A stretch of DNA of 64,000 bases from Polyangiaceae bacterium (GTDB taxonomy: Bacteria > Myxococcota_A > Polyangia > Polyangiales > Polyangiaceae): the NCBI GenBank assembly GCA_050287085.1, contig JBNKBE010000002.1, positions 160,001 to 224,000 of the forward strand. The letters run 5' to 3'. Shown piece by piece: positions 9,480-18,693 of the stretch. The number at the start of each line of letters is the position of its first letter. Within the stretch, counting starts at the first letter, position 1. Made by a program: the position numbers and the translations under genes. The notes under the pieces are model-generated. The model was not told the DNA's origin, searched no databases, and was given only the letters and a program-made list of their open reading frames with translations.

Positions 9480-10691
9480 TCAGGGGCTCAGGCGTCGCAG
9501 TGCGTCGTTGAGGAGTGGACGCGCGCCTCGAATCGCCTGGTTCTCTCGGCTGGGATGCACGCGGTTGGTCAGCAGCACCACGACAGTGTGCCCTTTTGGA
9601 TCACACCAGAAGCTCGTGCCGGTGAAACCGAGGTGACCGAAGGTCTCGTCGCTGGCCAGCGTTCCGGCGCTCGAGTTGCCCTTCGAGTTCTTGGTGTCGA
9701 AGCCGCCCAGGTGTCCGCCTCCACGGCGAGGCGCAAACAGGACTTGGCGCGCGACGGGGTCCAGCGAGGCGCTCCCAGCGCGGGCCAGCAGCAACCAGTC
9801 GCCAAACGCCATCACGGAGTGCACAGCTGCGAAGAATCCGGCGTGGCCGGCCGCTCCGGAGCCCGCAAGCGCCCAGGCATTGTCGTCGTGCACGCGCCCG
9901 CGGATCACTCCGCCGCGGTAGGGGACGTCCTCGGTGGCCGCCACGCAAGCCAGGAAGGCGTCCCGTCCCAAGCACTGCTCCCACTGGCGAGCCGAGCCAA
10001 AACCGTAGACGCCCAGACGGTGTAGCTCCCGGGTCACAAGATGGTCGAGGGTCGAGAACGCAGGCGCGTAGGGCGTGAGTTGTTGCTCGATGGCACGACC
10101 GAGCAGTAGGTACCCCAGATCGGAGTACAAGCAGCGCGGGGTTCCGCCTGGATGATCGGGATCTCGGGCCTCGGCGCAGCGGCGCAGCGCCTCTTCGCGA
10201 TCGATCTCGTGGCCGCGGATGTGGGGCAAGAAGAGCTCCAGGTGTGGGAGCAACGCGGCCCGATGCGCCATGAGCGCTTGCAGAGCAAACGCCCCAGCGT
10301 GCAGACCCCTCGCGCTGGGCAGAGCCGCAGAAAGAGGGCGTCGCAAGTCGATGACCGCCCGCCGGTGCAAAGCGGCCAGTGCCGCGGCGACGAGGGGTTT
10401 GGTCAGTGACGCAAGGTCATATAAGGTGTCTGGGGTGGTTGCCGACATGTCATGCCCTAGGCGCCCGGCAGCACCCACGTAGGTCGTCAGCCGTCCTTGT
10501 TTGCGCACCAGGAGCCCGGCCGTAGCACCAGGTGCGACTCCGGCCTGCACGATGTGCTGTTCTAGCAGGGCGTCTATCGCTTCGAGTCGGCGACAGGAAA
10601 GGGCGGGACTGGTTGGGGTGCGGAGTCGGGGCCCGACGTCTTGCCCCGCCGCAGCGGACTCCGGCTGCGGCGCCGTGGGGTTTTTTGCCAT
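9480..10691 (-). CDS. Serine hydrolase, beta-lactamase/AmpC (CubicO) family
   Basis: YDLASLTK (SxxK), LYSDLGY, VHDDNA, GHAG, FGHLGFTGT, LLTNRVHP. Confidence 0.9.
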   Translation of the reverse strand: MAKNPTAPQPESAAAGQDVGPRLRTPTSPALSCRRLEAIDALLEQHIVQAGVAPGATAGLLVRKQGRLTTYVGAAGRLGHDMSATTPDTLYDLASLTKPLVAAALAALHRRAVIDLRRPLSAALPSARGLHAGAFALQALMAHRAALLPHLELFLPHIRGHEIDREEALRRCAEARDPDHPGGTPRCLYSDLGYLLLGRAIEQQLTPYAPAFSTLDHLVTRELHRLGVYGFGSARQWEQCLGRDAFLACVAATEDVPYRGGVIRGRVHDDNAWALAGSGAAGHAGFFAAVHSVMAFGDWLLLARAGSASLDPVARQVLFAPRRGGGHLGGFDTKNSKGNSSAGTLASDETFGHLGFTGTSFWCDPKGHTVVVLLTNRVHPSRENQAIRGARPLLNDALRRLSP

Positions 10692-10841
10692 TGCTACAGA
10701 AAGCTGGGAACCTCGCCGTTGTATTCATCAAAGACCGACGACTCGGTTGGACGGCTCCTCCACCTTCTGACGCGCCGTCCAAGCTTGTCAACGTTGGGGC
10801 TGCGATGAATACTCGTCGTCGCTCGTTTCCTGCAGAAGACT

Positions 10842-12059
10842 ATGGCCGAATTCACCTGGGAAGCCGTTACCCGCACTGGCGAGTCCAAGAAGGGCAGCAT
10901 GGAGGCGGCCGACGAAGAGACCGTAACCCAGCGGCTTCGGCAGCAGAATCTCAATCCCACCGGGATTCGACGCAAGCGGCGCTCCCTCGGGAGTATCAAG
11001 TTCGGCGGGGGGGTCAAGACCGCGGACTTGGTGACCTTCACCCGCCTCTTCGCGACGATGATCGACGCGGGGCTGCCGCTCATCCAATGCCTCGAAATAT
11101 TGGCTGGGCAGCAAAAGACCAAGACTTTCCAAGATGTGCTCCGCGACACCAAGATGCAGGTGGAGCAGGGCAGCTCTTTCAGCGATTCCCTTCGCCGCCA
11201 CCCCAAGGTATTTGACGAGCTGTTCGTTAACCTGGTTCAGGCGGGTGAGGCCGGAGGTATTCTCGACAGCATCATGAATCGCTTATCGATCTACATCGAG
11301 AAGCGGCAGAAGCTCGCCCGGCAGGTGAAGAGCGCTCTGACCTATCCCACGATCGTGCTCATCATCGCCATCGGTGTCATGGGTGTGATGCTGACTTTCG
11401 TCATTCCAGCCTTCGAGAACATGTTCAAAGAGTTCGGTGGCGGCCCGGAAGCGCTTCCGTGGATCACCCGCATGATGGTGGCCATCTCTCACGGGTTTAT
11501 CTCGTTTCTGCCGCTATTGCTCTTGGTCGGCATTGGGCTTGGTAGCGCATTCATGTACGCGATTCGCCAGCCGCGTGGGCGCCAGATCCTCCACCGCTCG
11601 CTGCTGCAATTCCCGATCGTGGGCAACGTATTGCGAAAGATCGCCGTTGCGCGCTTCACGCGCACGATGGGGACCCTCTTGCAGTCAGGGGTGCCCATTT
11701 TGGACGCGCTTGATATCTGCGCACGCACGGCGGGCAATGTCGTGATCGAGGACGGTATTCTGCTGGTGCGGCGCCGCATCAGCGAGGGCATGAATATGGC
11801 CGAACCCTTGATGGAAGCGGCCGTCTTTCCCGACATGGTGGTGCAGATGATCGGCGTGGGTGAGCAAACGGGCGCGCTGGACCAGATGCTCAGCAAGATT
11901 GCGGACTTCTACGAGGAAGAAACCGATCTGGCGGTCGCGGGTCTGACCAGTATGCTCGAGCCGATCATGATGGTGGGGATCGGCGGGATGGTGGGCACCG
12001 TGTTGGTCGCGATGTATCTGCCGATCTTCTCTCTTGCAGGCAACATCAAGGCTGGGTGA
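10842..12059 (+). CDS. pilC: Type IV pilus inner-membrane platform protein PilC
   Basis: FTRLFATMIDAGLPL, GEAGGILD, ALTYP, VGEQTGALD, LEP, AMYLPIF. Confidence 0.95.
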   Translation: MAEFTWEAVTRTGESKKGSMEAADEETVTQRLRQQNLNPTGIRRKRRSLGSIKFGGGVKTADLVTFTRLFATMIDAGLPLIQCLEILAGQQKTKTFQDVLRDTKMQVEQGSSFSDSLRRHPKVFDELFVNLVQAGEAGGILDSIMNRLSIYIEKRQKLARQVKSALTYPTIVLIIAIGVMGVMLTFVIPAFENMFKEFGGGPEALPWITRMMVAISHGFISFLPLLLLVGIGLGSAFMYAIRQPRGRQILHRSLLQFPIVGNVLRKIAVARFTRTMGTLLQSGVPILDALDICARTAGNVVIEDGILLVRRRISEGMNMAEPLMEAAVFPDMVVQMIGVGEQTGALDQMLSKIADFYEEETDLAVAGLTSMLEPIMMVGIGGMVGTVLVAMYLPIFSLAGNIKAG

Positions 12060-12066
12060 CTCCGTC

Positions 12067-13431
12067 GTGGCGAGCGCCCCGAGCGATTCGCCTGTTGCGG
12101 CCGAGCGGCGACAGGTGCCCTTTGCCCAGCGCCTAGCGTGGATCGCCGCGGTCCGCACGGGGTTGCTCGCGGCGCTCTTTCTCGCGGTTGTGCTGGTCAA
12201 CGTACGCCGGCCGTCGTTGCTGTCATTCACCGTGGTGGTGGGCTTGTGGGCGGTGGGCATCGCCTTTGTGCTGAGCGCCAGCTACGCGTGGTTTCTGCGA
12301 CGGGGCAAGAGCCTTCGGCGGCTCGCCGTGGTGCAGCTGGTCTCCGATCAGGCGCTTTGGACGGTGCTCGTCTATCTTTCCGGCGGCGTTACCAGCGGTG
12401 CGACGAGCTTCTACGGTGTTACCTCCTTCTTTGGGGCACTGCTCATCGGCTTTCGAGGGGCGGCTCTCGCTGGCGTCACGGGGGTTGTATTCTTTCTGCT
12501 GCTCAGCCTGGCGCTGCTCTCTGGACAGCTGCCCCCACCCCTGGATCAGCCGGCTGAGATCTATCTGGTGTCGCCGGAGGAAGCGCTCTACTCGGTGGGA
12601 CTCAATGCGCTGGTCTTGGTCATCGTAGCGCTCCTGGCGGGCAATCTCGCCGAGCGCTTGAGGGCTGCGGGGGGCCGAGCGGTGCGCGCCGAGGCCCGGG
12701 CGGAGCAGGCGGAACGGGAGGCCGCGCTGGGTCGTCTAGCGGCGGGGTTGGCGCACGAGATCCGCAATCCGCTGGGGGCGATTAGCGGAAGTTCTCGTCT
12801 GCTCAGCGCAAACCCGGAGCTGTCGGGGGAGGACCGCGAATTGTGCGATATCATCGCCCGCGAGAGCGCGCGGCTGGAACAACTCGTCAGCGACATGCTG
12901 AATCTGACGCGCAGACAACGACCGGAGCTCCAGGCCGTGGACGCAGGTCTCGTCGCAGATGACGTGGTGCGTCTAAGCCAACACACCGGAAGAGGTCATT
13001 CCGACGTGAAGCTGAGCTGCCGCGCCGACCCTGGGGTGCTGGTGTGGGCTGATGCCGACATGTTGCGGCAAGTGATCTGGAACTTGGTGCGCAACGCCGT
13101 GGAGGCCAGTCATCCGGGACAAACCGTGGAAGTGAAGGTGCTCGCTGCGCAGGGGCGGGCTCTGCTCACGGTGCTCGACCGGGGCTCGGGTCTGGAGGCC
13201 GAGGCCAAAGAGCGGCTCTTCGATCCCTTCTTCACCACCCGCTCTCACGGTACTGGCATCGGTTTGGCCGTTGTGGGTCGCATCGTCGCCGATCATCAGT
13301 GGAGTATTGCCGTGGACGATACACCCGGCGGCGGGGCAACCTTCTGCGTCCAGCTGGGCGAGCTCGCGGCGCCGGGGTCGACTGCACCCCAGCGGGAGCC
13401 GTGGACTTTGTTTCCCAAGGGTCCAGGTTAG
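12067..13431 (+). CDS. pilS: Membrane sensor histidine kinase, PilS-like
   Basis: About 6 TM helices; LAHEIRNPL H-box, NLVRNA, DRGSG, PFFTT, GTGIGL; directly follows pilC as in myxobacterial pil loci; start uncertain. Confidence 0.75.
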   Translation: MASAPSDSPVAAERRQVPFAQRLAWIAAVRTGLLAALFLAVVLVNVRRPSLLSFTVVVGLWAVGIAFVLSASYAWFLRRGKSLRRLAVVQLVSDQALWTVLVYLSGGVTSGATSFYGVTSFFGALLIGFRGAALAGVTGVVFFLLLSLALLSGQLPPPLDQPAEIYLVSPEEALYSVGLNALVLVIVALLAGNLAERLRAAGGRAVRAEARAEQAEREAALGRLAAGLAHEIRNPLGAISGSSRLLSANPELSGEDRELCDIIARESARLEQLVSDMLNLTRRQRPELQAVDAGLVADDVVRLSQHTGRGHSDVKLSCRADPGVLVWADADMLRQVIWNLVRNAVEASHPGQTVEVKVLAAQGRALLTVLDRGSGLEAEAKERLFDPFFTTRSHGTGIGLAVVGRIVADHQWSIAVDDTPGGGATFCVQLGELAAPGSTAPQREPWTLFPKGPG

Positions 13432-13534
13432 CTCGCCCCGCGCGACCACTTCATGACGGCCGGTGGGCCAAAAATGGAAGCCTTTGGTATCCGGCTGCGT
13501 AGGGTGGAGAGGTATGCTCAACGCCACTCGTCTC

Positions 13535-14158
13535 ATGACTCCTTGCCGCGCATCGCTTTGCCCTCGCCGCGCCCTCGTCAGCGCCCTACTTCTCATCCCC
13601 CTGCTGGCCGCAGGGATAGCAACGGCTGGCCCGGCGGAGAGTCAGGCCGCCCGGCGCTTCGTGGAAGACAAGCAGGCCAAGATTGAAGTCGCGCTGAAGG
13701 CCGGCAAAGCGGGAGAAGAGCAGCTCGTTGGGCTGCTCGACAGCATGCTGGACTACGAGGCATTTGCGACCGCGGCTTTGGGACGTCATGCCGACGCGCT
13801 GTCGTCCGAGCAACGCACCCGCTTTCAGGGGGTCCTCGAAGAGTTGATCCGCGCTTCGTATCGGCGCAATTTGAGGGCGCCAGAGCACTACGTCGTCACG
13901 TTTGTGGGTGAAGCGGATACGGGCACAGGGGGCGTCCTGGTGAGCACCGTGGCCAAGCATCGGACCAAGAAGCGCGAGGAGCCGCTGCAGGTAGACTACG
14001 CGGTGCAGGTGGGGTCGAAAGGACTTCGCGTACGGGATATCGTCACGGGCGGGGTGAGTTTGGTCACCAACTACCGTCGCCAATTCGGCCGCATCATCGA
14101 AAAGAAGGGCTTTGACGGGCTCATGGCACTGATGGAAAAAAAGCTCAAGACGCCCTGA
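13535..14158 (+). CDS. MlaC/Ttg2D-family phospholipid-binding protein
   Basis: Signal peptide; LDYEAFATAALG, VDY, VRDIVTGGVSLVTNYRRQF; start uncertain. Confidence 0.85.
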   Translation: MTPCRASLCPRRALVSALLLIPLLAAGIATAGPAESQAARRFVEDKQAKIEVALKAGKAGEEQLVGLLDSMLDYEAFATAALGRHADALSSEQRTRFQGVLEELIRASYRRNLRAPEHYVVTFVGEADTGTGGVLVSTVAKHRTKKREEPLQVDYAVQVGSKGLRVRDIVTGGVSLVTNYRRQFGRIIEKKGFDGLMALMEKKLKTP

Positions 14159-14230
14159 CCACCGCCCCAGGCGGCGAAACCCCAGTATTTTTCCTGCGCA
14201 GGGCATGGGTGCTAGCATCCATGGGTTTCC

Positions 14231-16528
14231 GTGCCGGCTCTGACACCCCATAGCGCGCCTTCCGGCGTCGACGCCGCCGCTCAGATCCCATTGCGGCTGG
14301 TGGCCTGGGGTGGGGGCGTGGGGATTGAGCTCTACGACGCTTGCCGTCTTGGGCCGCTCCGGATCAGCGAGCTGGTCTGGACGCTACCGGGGATTCGCTT
14401 TCCGGTCGACCTGTCCGGTGGGGTGAGGGGCTTTCGCAGTCGTCGGGGCGAGTTGAGCACGCTGCGCGTGGAGCTTTCCCACCGAGAGCTCGAGACTTGG
14501 CTGCAGACGCGGCTTCGCTCGGCGCTAGGCGGGCTGCGTTCTCGCCCGCGTGTTTGGCCCACGCCTGGCGGCTTGGGGATCGGGGTGGTGGGGGCGCAGG
14601 GCGCCGTCGCTTTCGACGTGTTCTGGGCGCCCGACCTTGGTGCCGCGCGTTGGGTCGTGGGAAACGCGCGGGGGGCTGGCTTTCCAGGGCCACCGATTGT
14701 GGAAGCCTTGCGTTTGATGGAGAGCAGTTTGGGGGAAGCCGCGCAGCGTCGAGGGCGCTGTTTCGAGTTGCCCAAGACCGCCCAATGGCTTGTGCAGCGG
14801 GTCCTGCCCGACGTGGGTGTGCGGACGCCGGCTACCGGCCGCGTTGTGCTTTCGGCCCTGGAAAGCGACGATGAAAGCAGTTGGTGGGAAGCGGGTGCCA
14901 CGGCTCCACCCGCCCTGGGTTCAGCCGCTCAACGTCACCTCCATTTGGCTGATCTGTTGCGGGATGCGGACGACGCTCTGGTTCTGGGGCGACTGGAGGA
15001 GGCACGCTCCCGTTTGCTCGAAGCCTCCGAGCTCGCCCCCCGTCACCCAGAGGTGGCTGCCGCCCTCGCGAGTCTCGACCTCGAATACGGTGAACGACGC
15101 GAGTCGGCGTTGGGCATCTTGAATGAGGCGCTCCCCGTCACTTCCTTTGGCTTGCTGGGAGCTCGACTGCTGGCTTCGACGGGGGATCTCGAGGGGGCGG
15201 AGCTTGCGGTGGATAGGGCGGCACAGTCCGAGTGTTATGCGCCGCTCGCCGCGCTGATCTGGCACGAAGCTGCGGCCCTCTTCGCGACGAGCGCTTTGCG
15301 CCTCCAGGCTTTGGATTCTGCGCTTGCAGCGAGCGCTGGCTGCGAGCCCGCGCGTCGCGCCCGTTTTGCATTGCGCGTGGAGCTCGGGGATCTGGTGGGA
15401 GCGCGCGCCGACGCGGAGCACCTCGAGGCTCAGGCGTCCGGAGCCGAGGCACGGCACGAGGCAGTGATGGGGGCCGGTCGCTGTTTGGTCGAAGCGGGCT
15501 ACGCTGCGGAGGCCGGAGTCTACTTCGAACGCGCCCTTCGTTATTGCCCTGACGACGAGGGCGGTCTCTTGGGGTTGGCTCTGGCGCTGGTGGCGACCGG
15601 GCGGGCCGAGCGGGCGGGGCCATTGCTGCGTCGCGCAGCAGCCAGCCCTGAGCCGCGCGTTGCCGGCCGCGCACGGCTCGAGCTTGCGCGGCTGCTAGCC
15701 GAGCACGCGCGAGACCTGCCTCAGGCCATCGCGCAGGTCCGCCAAATCAGCGCGGAAAGCGGTCATGGGCTCGAGGCCCGAGCCCTGGAAGCGGACTTTC
15801 GGGCGCGGCTGGGCGATCTAACGGGAGCCCTGCAGGCGTACTCCAAGGTGAAGGAGTTAGCGGACTTGGGACCGGGCGCGGAAACTCCTTCGGCGATCGC
15901 GGCATTACGGCTAGCCACTCGCCTGTGCCGAGAAGAGCTGGGAGATGCTCTTGCCGCCGAGCGCTTTCTGGCCTCGGCCGTGCGCTTGGCGCCGCGTGAC
16001 GAGACGCTGCTAGCGGCTTATCGAGACGCTGCGCGCGAGGCAGCACGACTCAAACTGCCGCAGCGGAGCGAAAGCGAGCTTCTGGCGCCATCTGCGCCTC
16101 TGGCGAGCGTCTCAACGGTTTCCGTGGCAGCACCCCCGGCTCAGGCGAGAGCTGAGGTCGAGCGCGCCGTGACTGAGGACACCGACAACCCGGAGCTGCA
16201 GGAGTTCATTCGTCGCTTCGGAGCGATGAGTCCTGGGGAGCGCGAGGCTACCGCGGACGAACTACGACAAAGCTATCTTTCGTCTCCGTCGGCTCCAGGT
16301 GTCTTTGAGCGCCTCTGCCACGCCTTTGTGGAGACCGCGCAGTTGGTAGAGTTGCACGCCTTGTTGGCGTCCGCCTATGAAGATGCTGACGAAGGGGAGC
16401 GTCCCCAATTGAAAGAACAGCTGGAGCACGCCTTGGAGCTTCTTGCTAGCTCAGCCCCTGACGTAGCCGATCGAGAGATCTACGCGCAGCAGTTGGCCAT
16501 TCTGCGGGCGCCCGAGTCCGCGAGCTGA
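14231..16528 (+). CDS. TPR-repeat protein with uncharacterised N-terminal domain
   Basis: 765 aa ORF with TPR-like helices (EAGVYFERALRYCPDD). Confidence 0.7.
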   Translation: MPALTPHSAPSGVDAAAQIPLRLVAWGGGVGIELYDACRLGPLRISELVWTLPGIRFPVDLSGGVRGFRSRRGELSTLRVELSHRELETWLQTRLRSALGGLRSRPRVWPTPGGLGIGVVGAQGAVAFDVFWAPDLGAARWVVGNARGAGFPGPPIVEALRLMESSLGEAAQRRGRCFELPKTAQWLVQRVLPDVGVRTPATGRVVLSALESDDESSWWEAGATAPPALGSAAQRHLHLADLLRDADDALVLGRLEEARSRLLEASELAPRHPEVAAALASLDLEYGERRESALGILNEALPVTSFGLLGARLLASTGDLEGAELAVDRAAQSECYAPLAALIWHEAAALFATSALRLQALDSALAASAGCEPARRARFALRVELGDLVGARADAEHLEAQASGAEARHEAVMGAGRCLVEAGYAAEAGVYFERALRYCPDDEGGLLGLALALVATGRAERAGPLLRRAAASPEPRVAGRARLELARLLAEHARDLPQAIAQVRQISAESGHGLEARALEADFRARLGDLTGALQAYSKVKELADLGPGAETPSAIAALRLATRLCREELGDALAAERFLASAVRLAPRDETLLAAYRDAAREAARLKLPQRSESELLAPSAPLASVSTVSVAAPPAQARAEVERAVTEDTDNPELQEFIRRFGAMSPGEREATADELRQSYLSSPSAPGVFERLCHAFVETAQLVELHALLASAYEDADEGERPQLKEQLEHALELLASSAPDVADREIYAQQLAILRAPESAS

Positions 16529-16860
16529 GCGCCCCAGGCGCTTCGGCAGCCGGACGTGTCGCGAGCTGACTTGTCACCAGGAGGGGTCTGCCGCCGTAGA
16601 ACGGCGAGCGATACCCGGGCCCCAGTCCCGGTCCCGACTAGACCGTAGCCTCGCTGCCTGGACGCAGTCATCAGCAAGGCGGTGCTGCGACCGGTCCCCC
16701 GAAACCGAACCCCCTTCCACCGGCCGAACCCCAAACCGCTCGGAGCGAGCCAGCTCGCTCGCCGCACCTCCGAGCAAAGCTTGGGCGCTATGGGTTGGGG
16801 TTGCGCTAGAAGTCTTGGAAAGGCGATTGAGTATCGAGCCGCGTTGCTTAGGATGGGGCC

Positions 16861-17163
16861 ATGTCGTTTAACGAACTCGTGTCGAGTGACATGGTGCTGC
16901 GCCATCTCACCGTTCCCGCTGAGGACGCGGTGTACGTGCGGGCCATTCTAGAGGCGAGTGACGGAATCGCTGCCGTCTTCTCGGAACGAGGTGGAGAGAT
17001 GGTGTTTGCTGCTTTCCCGAGCCGCCTTGGGGAATTGGACCAGCTGATTGCGGACCTTCGGCAGGAGTTTGGTGCGTCGATCTGGCTGGCCGAACCAGCC
17101 AGTGCGGGCCACTCGCTGGCGCGCCTCGGTTTGCCCCAGGAAGTCCCCAGCAGTGGAGACTAA
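16861..17163 (+). CDS. DUF4911-like small protein
   Basis: VYVRAILEASDGIAAVFSERGG pattern; TTGAGT-16-TAGGAT promoter 6 nt before ATG. Confidence 0.65.
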   Translation: MSFNELVSSDMVLRHLTVPAEDAVYVRAILEASDGIAAVFSERGGEMVFAAFPSRLGELDQLIADLRQEFGASIWLAEPASAGHSLARLGLPQEVPSSGD

Positions 17164-17345
17164 GTTGTGGATGCATTTGACTCAACTCTCTCCGGCGCGC
17201 TCGTCGACTCGGACGTCTTGTGCGACTCCGGTCGCACAAGCGAAATGTGCCGCGCGCTGCGAGCTTTTTTGCGTCGGACGTATTGGAGCGGCGGCCTCGT
17301 GCCGCGATTGAAAGCGGTTTGGAGTTACATTAGCGTGTCGCCTTC

Positions 17346-18071
17346 ATGACGGGTGAGGTCAGCGCTTGTAGCACTTCGATCGGGCCTTGTGAGGCGGGCT
17401 CCGGCGTCTATGCGATGTCGGTGAGCGGGGGCTTGGTGGAGCGAGAAGCGGCCTCTTTACCGTGGGATTCCGAAGGTGGCGCTGCACTTGCGGGGCGAGA
17501 GCAGCACATTTGGAACCATTGGCTGCAGTGCTTGCGGACTGACGCATCCTCCGCCGTCGCCGCGGCTCTGACCTACGCACAACAGACAGGAGCCGTCCGG
17601 GAGCGTTGGCTTCTCGCGCTCGAGTCTGACCTTCGCTCGGATCCAGAAGCCCGCGTGGCGGCTCTGGCGCCGCTGCTAGCGGTTGAACGCGATGGTGCGC
17701 GCAGTCGGCGGATCGCCGCTGCGCTGCAGCCCGTGGCCGAGCAGTTGCGCAGCGAGGAACGCCCTCTTCTGCTGCTGGCCGAGCTCCGGCCGGAGGAGCG
17801 CGCCGCGATCGTGGTGCAGCCCTTGTACCTCGACTTTGTTCAGGTGCTGGCTGTGGGGTATCGCCCGGGCCGCGACGTGTTGTGGGTCACTCATGATCCG
17901 ATCGCGCTGCGCAGTGAAGCCCCGCGCATCGGAGGTTGCTTTCGTGGAGCGATCTTGACGCCGCCTCATGGGCAACAGGCGATCGAGGAGCTGGCCCATA
18001 CGGTTTGGTCTCACGCCCGGGCCGGGGGTGAGCTCGAGCCAGCGCTGAGGCTATTGGCTCGAGCTTTGTAG
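17346..18071 (+). CDS. Hypothetical protein
   Basis: 241 aa ORF with coding-like composition; start uncertain (alternative ATG near 17415). Confidence 0.6.
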   Translation: MTGEVSACSTSIGPCEAGSGVYAMSVSGGLVEREAASLPWDSEGGAALAGREQHIWNHWLQCLRTDASSAVAAALTYAQQTGAVRERWLLALESDLRSDPEARVAALAPLLAVERDGARSRRIAAALQPVAEQLRSEERPLLLLAELRPEERAAIVVQPLYLDFVQVLAVGYRPGRDVLWVTHDPIALRSEAPRIGGCFRGAILTPPHGQQAIEELAHTVWSHARAGGELEPALRLLARAL

Positions 18072-18112
18072 GTGGCGCTAGTGTGTTGAACCGATTCGGC
18101 GCCTATTGTCGC

Positions 18113-18622
18113 ATGGGCCGCGGCCTGCTGGGTGTCGCGGCAGTCTTGGCCTGCAGCGCTCGCCCAGCGGAGGCGCCAAGCTCAGCTACGACTGCACCGT
18201 TGGACTACATCTTCGAGTCTCCCGACGGTGACGTCTCGCTTGCAGACCTGCGCGGCCGAGCGACGGCGATCCTTTTCATCACGACCTATGATTTGCGCTC
18301 GCAGCTCATGGCGCAGCGTCTCGACGAAACGCTGCGGCGCGTTCAGCGACGCGCCAACGCGCTCGCTGTGGTGGTCGAAGCGCCACGATACTCGGTACTG
18401 ATTCCAACTTTTAGTGAAAGTCTAGAGCTGCACTACCGTGTGCTGCTTGCCAATCACGAGGTCTTGGTCGGAGGCAGTCTGTGGGGGAGCATGCAGCAGC
18501 TTCCTCAGCTCGTCGTCCTCGATGCACGGGGGCGCTTGCGCCACCGCTATGTGGGAGAGGTGGCGGCAGATGAACTGAAACGAACTTTGGACGCGGCCGC
18601 TGCGTCAGCAGCTGCGCCCTAG
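18113..18622 (+). CDS. TlpA/redoxin-fold lipoprotein lacking CxxC
   Basis: Lipobox VLAC; VSLADLRGRATAILFITTYDLRS; LPQLVVLDARG...YVG. Confidence 0.7.
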   Translation: MGRGLLGVAAVLACSARPAEAPSSATTAPLDYIFESPDGDVSLADLRGRATAILFITTYDLRSQLMAQRLDETLRRVQRRANALAVVVEAPRYSVLIPTFSESLELHYRVLLANHEVLVGGSLWGSMQQLPQLVVLDARGRLRHRYVGEVAADELKRTLDAAAASAAAP

Positions 18623-18693
18623 GTCTCATGTCTCGCCGCCGGTGCGGCCCTCGCGGCGGCCGCCGCCTTCGGTCGCTGACTTGGACAACGCTA

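Noticed and set aside
17167..17349. 60-aa ORF between DUF4911 and the hypothetical gene
   Set aside because: No RBS or recognisable motif; cannot be supported.
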